Of a stretch of DNA of 32,000 nucleotides, positions 26,343 through 32,000 are shown in pieces (the stretch's first letter is position 1; every line of letters begins with the position of its first letter). The position numbers and the translations under genes are program-made. The stretch is from the NCBI GenBank assembly GCA_005191425.1, contig SUPR01000004.1, positions 1-32,000 of the forward strand, written 5' to 3'. This DNA is from Candidatus Helarchaeota ASGARD archaeon Hel_GB_B (GTDB lineage Archaea; Asgardarchaeota; Lokiarchaeia; Helarchaeales; HEL-GB-B). The notes below the pieces were generated by a model. It did not search any database. It saw only the letters and a list, made by a program, of their open reading frames with translations, and was not told where the DNA came from.

Positions 26343-26933
26343 TTGATAATTATTACAACTTCAAGAAGACCAAAACCCCCAACTCGTATTTTGTGTAAAT
26401 TTTTAACAAATTTAATACCAAATTCAATAAAATTTAATAGAGGTAGGAGCAGTCTTAAGGATCTCATTATTAAGGCAAATGAATTAAATTCCAATTTAAT
26501 TATATTAATCGATTCATTAAAAGGAAATCCGTCAAGAATTCGCTTTTTTAAAATTGATGGGATTAAAGGTAAATTTCATCCTCTCGAAATATACATTCAA
26601 GGAATTTTCTTAGGTTATGAAAAATTAAAACGCAAGATTGTTAATAAAAATTCTAAAATAGAAATAAGAGCAATACAAAAAGATAAAAAAATTACACTAT
26701 TAGGCGAAAATTTAGCCCAAATTTTTAATACAAATTTTATTATTAGTCCATTACCATTAAAAAAGATAAATTATAGAAACGGAATAAAACATGAAACTCC
26801 AATAAAATCAAGTGAAAAATTAATTTACATCTATCTTATTAAAATTAATTCAAAAATTAACATTATATTTTGTAAAAAAAATTTAGAAATGCTTGGCCCT
26901 AGAATTATTATTAAAGATTTTAAATTAAAGTAG
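26343..26933 (+). CDS. Brix-domain (Imp4-like) ribosome biogenesis protein
   Basis: IIITTSRRPKPPTRILCKFL...FNRGRSSLKDL...GNPSRIRFF matches the archaeal Brix pattern (ITTSR.PS.RTR.F...RG...P). It holds the conserved superoperon position after rpl37ae. TTG start. Confidence 0.7.
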   Translation: MIIITTSRRPKPPTRILCKFLTNLIPNSIKFNRGRSSLKDLIIKANELNSNLIILIDSLKGNPSRIRFFKIDGIKGKFHPLEIYIQGIFLGYEKLKRKIVNKNSKIEIRAIQKDKKITLLGENLAQIFNTNFIISPLPLKKINYRNGIKHETPIKSSEKLIYIYLIKINSKINIIFCKKNLEMLGPRIIIKDFKLK

Positions 26934-26941
26934 GTATTATT

Positions 26942-27211
26942 ATGCGAGATTTAATTGAAAAAATTTCATTAAAAATTGATATTGATTTTAAAGATTATGA
27001 ACATGCAAAAATAATCTATAATACAATATTACCTGAAACAAATTCATCTCCAAATGACCGGTCTATTGTGTCAGCAAAATTAATAGATAAACAATTAAAA
27101 TTATCCATTAATTCAAAAGATTTTATTAATTTAAGAGCTGTAATCAATTCTTATCTAAAATGGTTTACTATTTCTTTACAAATTATTAATGAAACAATTA
27201 ATCAATTATAA
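26942..27211 (+). CDS. pcc1: KEOPS complex subunit Pcc1-like
   Basis: 89 aa with AKIIYNTILPE...RS...LSINSKDFINLRAVINSYLKWF, resembling the Pcc1/CTAG pattern (L.PE..., A.D..ALRA..NS.LRW). Superoperon context also fits. Confidence 0.6.
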   Translation: MRDLIEKISLKIDIDFKDYEHAKIIYNTILPETNSSPNDRSIVSAKLIDKQLKLSINSKDFINLRAVINSYLKWFTISLQIINETINQL

Positions 27212-27313
27212 TAATGTCTAATTATAAATAGAAATCATTAAATATTAATTATATTATGAATACAAATAATTAAAAAAAATAAAGAGTATTCGTTTTATTA
27301 ATCCAAAAAATAT

Positions 27314-27715
27314 ATGGTGTTATTATTTATGATGAAACTACCTCCACAACTAAAAAACCAATATGAGCAATTAATTCAAACAGAACAAAGAATCAGGACA
27401 TTTAATAGTCAAAAAAGTCAGTGGGAAATTCAAAAAGCAACAATAGAAAATGCCATTTCAGAACTTGAAACCACTAAAGAAAAAAACCCTAATACTGAAG
27501 TTTATAAGAATGCCGGTGCTATTTTAATCAAAGTTAATGATATCGATAAAGCAATCCAAGATTTGAAAGAAAAAGAAGAATTATTAAATATGAGGTTAAA
27601 AACTGTTAACAAACAAATTGAACGTATTAACCAGCAATATGAAGCCATGAAGGATAAATTTCAGAAGTCAATTCAACAATTTACTCAACCGCAAGATTTC
27701 CAAAATCCAATGTAA
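27314..27715 (+). CDS. pfdB: prefoldin beta subunit
   Basis: KLPPQLKNQYEQLIQTEQ...ELETT...VYKNAGAILIKV...LKEKEELLNMRLKT has the typical coiled coil / beta hairpin / coiled coil layout. The real start is probably ATG 27329 or 27332. Confidence 0.85.
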   Translation: MVLLFMMKLPPQLKNQYEQLIQTEQRIRTFNSQKSQWEIQKATIENAISELETTKEKNPNTEVYKNAGAILIKVNDIDKAIQDLKEKEELLNMRLKTVNKQIERINQQYEAMKDKFQKSIQQFTQPQDFQNPM

Positions 27716-27722
27716 AAATTTT

Positions 27723-28031
27723 ATGCTTAAAATGAATAAAGAGTCTATTAATATTGGGGTTCCTGATTTAAATGAGGAAGAACTGTTAGAAATTATTAAA
27801 TATACTGAAGATACAATCCGCAATTATATTTTTTCAAAAATAAATCCAAAATTTGTTGATGATTTTAATTTAGAAATTGTTTTAGAGAAATTAGAAGAGT
27901 TAACTGTAAATATTAATATCGAACTTAATTTTTCAAATATAGAAATTCCTAATGCAAATGAAATTGTCAATGAATCGCTAGAAATTGGTGTGAAAGCATT
28001 AAAAGAAAAAGTAAGTTCCTTAAAAAATTAG
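27723..28031 (+). CDS. small acidic hypothetical protein (DUF3194-like, superoperon-associated)
   Basis: 102 aa starting 8 nt after pfdB. A small uncharacterised gene at this superoperon position is conserved in archaea, as far as I recall. The family name is tentative. Confidence 0.45.
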   Translation: MLKMNKESINIGVPDLNEEELLEIIKYTEDTIRNYIFSKINPKFVDDFNLEIVLEKLEELTVNINIELNFSNIEIPNANEIVNESLEIGVKALKEKVSSLKN

Positions 28032-28282
28032 CCGCCCATTAAAGTGAAATTTATTATCATAATTACTATAATTAAAACTACGGACCCAATCATTATATAG
28101 GTAAAAGTTTTATCTTTTTTCTTTTGCTTTTTTTCCCATTTGCGATATTTAGTTTCACATTCAGAACTACAAAAATCATTATCTGGGTCAGGTTCCATTG
28201 CCAGCCCACAGACTGTACAATGTTTATGTGGTTCCCATTTTCTAACCCATCTTTTAGTTTTTTGTTCCGAAATTATTAACAC
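28028..28282 (-). CDS. zinc-ribbon protein (DUF2116-like) with C-terminal TM anchor
   Basis: HKHCTVCG...FCSSEC, then a Lys-rich stretch, then the hydrophobic tail YIMIGSVVLIIVIMIINFTLM. Confidence 0.55.
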   Translation of the reverse strand: MLIISEQKTKRWVRKWEPHKHCTVCGLAMEPDPDNDFCSSECETKYRKWEKKQKKKDKTFTYIMIGSVVLIIVIMIINFTLMGG

Positions 28283-28364
28283 CTATTTTAAACAAATTAA
28301 AAGTTGTAATTTTATTGGTCTATATATTGTTTATTTGTTAATTAAAACTTGAATTCTTATATTT

Positions 28365-31157
28365 TTAAATTTTTTGAAGTAAATTACTAATATAATCTAT
28401 TGAATATTTTTCTATTTCATTAAGATGTGCTATATTAATACCTCCTCCTTGTCCCAGATTATCTTTTCCACCGCCACCGCCACCAAATTTATTGAGTATA
28501 TTTCTAATCGCTTTTCCGCAATTAAAACCTTTTGATGTCAATTTTTTGCTTGTCATAAGAATAATATTTAATTTTTGACTTTTTGCTATAAATTCTAATA
28601 TAAAATTCTGATCAAAATTAATTATTTCATTTCCAATGACAATCATATCATTTATTTCTTTATTATCAAATATTTTAATGACAAATTTTGATTCGTTAAT
28701 TTTTATTGCATTTTGGTTCAATTCGTCCAACATTTTTAAGGCGATATCTTTTAGTAGTGCCCTTTTTTCTTTTTGTAATGATTTCCATTCTTCAAAAAAT
28801 CTTTTAGTTGTTTTCAAAAGTTCATCTTCTCTCACGCTTAACAGATTAGATGTGTCTTTTAATATTTTTTCTTGTTTATGAATAAATCGAATTGCAGGAA
28901 TACCTGCAACGTATTCTAATCTGACAATACCGTCCTGAATTCTTCTTGCATTCTTGATCTTTATAAGTCCGACTTCTCCGGTATAATTTAAATGTAGTCC
29001 CGCGCATGCTTCATCATCCCAATCTGCAATAGATACTATTCTAATATCTTTTCCCGGAACAACGCCCCCTTGATATAACCTAAATCCATACTTTTTTTCC
29101 GCTTCTACTCGTTCGTGGACTTTTTTTGTAAGTGCCCGATTTTCCATAACAATTTTATTAGCCCAATCTTCTATTTCCCATATTTCTTCCATAGTTAAAT
29201 TTTTAAAATGAGTAATATCTAATCTTGCATGTTCAGGAGTTTTCTCAGTACCAGCTTGCCACACATGTTTACCTAATACTTTACGAGCAGCTGCATTTAT
29301 TATATGAGTTGCTGTATGATGTCTGACTAATGCAAATCTTCTATCTTTATCTATTTTACATTCAACTTTTTCTCCTGCCACTAATTTGGTATTTGGTTTT
29401 TTAAGTATATGTACAACGACATTTCCAATTTTTTCTACATTAACTACTTTAGACTCATTTATTTTACCAGTATCATTTAGTTGTCCTCCCCCTGTTGGAT
29501 AAAAATATGTTTTGTCCAAAATTATATATTTTCCTTCAATATTTTTGATAATATTCGATTGAAATGTTAAAATTGTGTGGTCATCATAATATGCTAATTG
29601 GGTATCTGGAATTCCTTTAATTTTCTCCTTTAATACTTCTTTAATACCCATAGATTTTTCTATTTCTTGCTGCTTATTGCGTTTTTCATCAATAAGAAGA
29701 TAAATATTTCCAGGGATTTCAATTTCACAATTTTCGTCTTTTGCAATTTCTTCAATCAATTCTGGTGGAATTCCTCTTGATTGGTACAATTCAATAATCT
29801 TATCTACATCTAACTTCTCATTTTTTCTTATTAATGACCTAATAAATTTTTTTCCTGTCTTTAAGGTATTTTTATATCTCTCTTTTTCAATCTCATAAAT
29901 TGGCTTTAAAATTTCTTCTGCATCTTCTACTCTTTTATATGTTTTTTTAAGATATTTCAAATGGTCATACATAATTTCAAGTAAATCAATATTATCAAGC
30001 GAATAATAATCTTTTAAACTAAAACATCTTCTTAAAATAACTCTTAAATTATACCCACCGCCAACATTTGAAGGAATAGCTCCATCAGCGATTGTAAAAA
30101 CAAGTGTTCTTAAATGGTCACAAATCGCGTAATGCGCTTCTAATGGGCCCAATAATTTTTCCATTTCATAATAATCAATTCCAATTTCTTTTGCGATCTT
30201 TTTTCTAACTAAATTAACATCATTTACTTCATCTACATTTAATAATCCGGATAATATGGTATATTTATTGATGATTCGTTCATCAATTGAAATACCCGTT
30301 GACCTTTTCATTTTTTCAAGGACTGGACCGAATGTAGCTTCATAAATCGTTGGAGTCCCTAATGTAAACCAACCTACTCTTTCAATTCCCCAGCCTACAT
30401 CAACAACTGTCATGTCCATTTGTTTAAAACTATTATCTGGTAAAATTTCATATTGCATAAACACACTATTAACAATCTCAAGCCCTTTACTAAAAGATTC
30501 AAGGCACGGTCCGAAATTTCCTCCCCCAATCCAAATATCCTCTCTAAGTGTAACTTCATTTTCTGGTACCTTCATTTCTTTTGTAATAAATTTAAAGTCT
30601 AAATCTATACACCTGTCCATCCAATAGCCATTTGATCCTATATTTCTTAATTTTTCCGAATTAAAACTATGTTGACCTCCCATTATAAAGCTACTGAGAT
30701 GTCTTCCAGTCTTCCCTACATTATCAATGTCATTAAATCCTTTCCCTCCAAATCTAATACATGGTTGCGGTACGATTAACGGATTTGCAGGTGGTACCGC
30801 GCCTTGTAAAACTGATTTTTGAAATAATGTAATACTTGCAATAGTATAATATAAATCGTCTCTCCAACGCGCAACGACTGGAAATTCATCTATTCGCGTA
30901 TGTCCATGTTCCTCAAAAAAATTACACCAATTTTTTATTGTTTCATGAAAATCCCACCCATTTTTTTTCTTCCCCAAAAACTTATATCCTCCTATACACA
31001 ATGTATCACCGCAATTTTTACTATCTGGATCCAATGTCCAATAATAATCTCCACATATTGGACATCTTAACCTAACAAATCCCTTCTCTCTAAATAATTC
31101 TACTTCATATTTATTTTTCCCGAATTTCTTCCGTAAATCTTTTTTATTTAAACTCAT
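28365..31157 (-). CDS. alaS: alanine--tRNA ligase (archaeal type)
   Basis: RCPICGDYYWT...FFEEHGHTRIDEFPVVARWRDDLYYTIASI (archaeal N-terminus). The editing domain has HHTATHIIN and CAGLH. The C-terminus has a DHHA1-like GGGGGGKDNLGQGGG. ATG 31157 preferred; the track start is TTG 31169. Confidence 0.95.
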   Translation of the reverse strand: MSLNKKDLRKKFGKNKYEVELFREKGFVRLRCPICGDYYWTLDPDSKNCGDTLCIGGYKFLGKKKNGWDFHETIKNWCNFFEEHGHTRIDEFPVVARWRDDLYYTIASITLFQKSVLQGAVPPANPLIVPQPCIRFGGKGFNDIDNVGKTGRHLSSFIMGGQHSFNSEKLRNIGSNGYWMDRCIDLDFKFITKEMKVPENEVTLREDIWIGGGNFGPCLESFSKGLEIVNSVFMQYEILPDNSFKQMDMTVVDVGWGIERVGWFTLGTPTIYEATFGPVLEKMKRSTGISIDERIINKYTILSGLLNVDEVNDVNLVRKKIAKEIGIDYYEMEKLLGPLEAHYAICDHLRTLVFTIADGAIPSNVGGGYNLRVILRRCFSLKDYYSLDNIDLLEIMYDHLKYLKKTYKRVEDAEEILKPIYEIEKERYKNTLKTGKKFIRSLIRKNEKLDVDKIIELYQSRGIPPELIEEIAKDENCEIEIPGNIYLLIDEKRNKQQEIEKSMGIKEVLKEKIKGIPDTQLAYYDDHTILTFQSNIIKNIEGKYIILDKTYFYPTGGGQLNDTGKINESKVVNVEKIGNVVVHILKKPNTKLVAGEKVECKIDKDRRFALVRHHTATHIINAAARKVLGKHVWQAGTEKTPEHARLDITHFKNLTMEEIWEIEDWANKIVMENRALTKKVHERVEAEKKYGFRLYQGGVVPGKDIRIVSIADWDDEACAGLHLNYTGEVGLIKIKNARRIQDGIVRLEYVAGIPAIRFIHKQEKILKDTSNLLSVREDELLKTTKRFFEEWKSLQKEKRALLKDIALKMLDELNQNAIKINESKFVIKIFDNKEINDMIVIGNEIINFDQNFILEFIAKSQKLNIILMTSKKLTSKGFNCGKAIRNILNKFGGGGGGKDNLGQGGGINIAHLNEIEKYSIDYISNLLQKI

Positions 31158-31758
31158 CTGAATAACCAATCATTCTAATAAAATTATCCAAATAAATCCT
31201 AATTTTTATACTTTAAATTTTTGTTTACTCTCTTTTTTCAATAATTCCTTTTTTTATAAGAATAATTCAAAAATATAGGTCATATATAAAATAATATATC
31301 CGTTAAAAAAGAACTATAATTAATTTGAATATTTTATGTTTCATTAAATTATAAAAATAAACAACTAATAACCTATAAAATTAAAATAAATATTGAAAAA
31401 ATAGTTTTAAAACTTTGAAAGAAAAATTAAAGTTTTCTTAAAAAAGAAATTTAAAAAATAAGATTAAACTCAAAAAAGAGTTGTTTTTCTAATAGATTTA
31501 TTGATTCAAGATTAGTACCAATTATTAAAGTGAAACTATTTTTCTTATAAATAATAGAAATATCTTTATTATCTATAGAATAAGCAAGATTTAAAGAGTT
31601 TATGGTTAGATGATATTATATGATATTGAGTATTTAATTATTATATTTATTTCAATTAATTTAATTATTTTTGAAGCTTAACATCTTTTAACTTTTTCTC
31701 GAATTAATTATTAAAGTTTAAAAACTTTTAATACCACAAGATTTAAACTAGCAAACCT

Positions 31759-31790
31759 CTTAATTTCTCACGAACTTAATTTCTCTCGAA
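31759..31790. repeat. tandem 16-nt direct repeat upstream of leuS
   Basis: cttaatttctcacgaa (31759-31774) is directly followed by cttaatttctctcgaa (31775-31790), with one mismatch. A degenerate related copy, tttctcgaattaatt, lies about 65 nt upstream. Confidence 0.6.
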
Positions 31791-31832
31791 ATACTAGAAA
31801 TTTTATATCAATTACTTTATCTATAATGGTGT

Positions 31833-32000
31833 ATGAATATGGATTCAGAAGAAACAAACACTATTATTTATGATCCAGAGAAAATCGAAAAAAAGTGGCA
31901 AAAGAGATGGGCCGATAATAAAATATTTGAAGTTAAAATAGATTCAAAGAAAAAGAAGTTCTATTGTCTAGAGATGTACCCCTATCCATCATCTACTTTA
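31833..32000 (+). CDS. leuS: leucine--tRNA ligase, N-terminal 56 codons (continues past window)
   Basis: Absent from the ORF track because it is edge-truncated. My translation is [56 protein letters not shown]. The IE.KWQ..W...F and YCL.M.PYPS(G.LH) patterns match the LeuRS N-terminus leading into the HIGH motif. Confidence 0.75.
   Translation, partial: MNMDSEETNTIIYDPEKIEKKWQKRWADNKIFEVKIDSKKKKFYCLEMYPYPSSTL

Noticed and set aside
28140-28352. 70-aa plus-strand ORF opposite the zinc-ribbon gene
   Set aside because: The minus-strand product has a clean HKHC..CG...FCS..C zinc ribbon plus a TM tail. The plus-strand product has no features.
28636-30627. Two plus-strand ORFs (81 and 71 aa) inside alaS
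   Set aside because: Antisense to AlaRS.

Overview
AT-rich (by eye roughly 70% A+T) archaeal chromosomal segment. It is mostly housekeeping genes separated by unusually long AT-rich spacers. Archaeal origin is supported by the classic proteasome/exosome superoperon (psmA, SBDS, rrp4, rrp41, rrp42, rpl37ae, Brix, pcc1, prefoldin beta), RNase P proteins Rpp30 and Pop5, L15e and an archaeal-type AlaRS. An Asgard/Lokiarchaeia-like source is a low-confidence inference from AT-richness, selenocysteine use and longin-like proteins. Other content: a 2-oxoacid:ferredoxin oxidoreductase operon, an orphan pyrI, a Ygr210/YchF-like GTPase, an F420 cluster (nitroreductase-cofD-cofC), an orphan beta-class DNA methyltransferase, a partial IS transposase at the left edge and a partial leuS at the right edge. 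Findings from direct reading, strongest first. (1) A [NiFe] hydrogenase large subunit lacks its C-terminal Ni-binding motif. That motif sits 18 nt downstream in a separate 48-codon gene absent from the ORF track, with an in-frame TGA at the first Cys position (DN-U-LSCSAH). This is a VhuA/VhuU-style split selenoprotein, followed by a three-way-junction RNA structure that is a candidate SECIS. (2) The oxidoreductase beta subunit appears circularly permuted, splitting the TPP-binding motif between the two termini. (3) Two proteins share a novel longin-like N-terminal domain. (4) An unannotated C/D box sRNA lies in a spacer. Family calls rest on motif recognition from memory; no database search or folding computation was possible.
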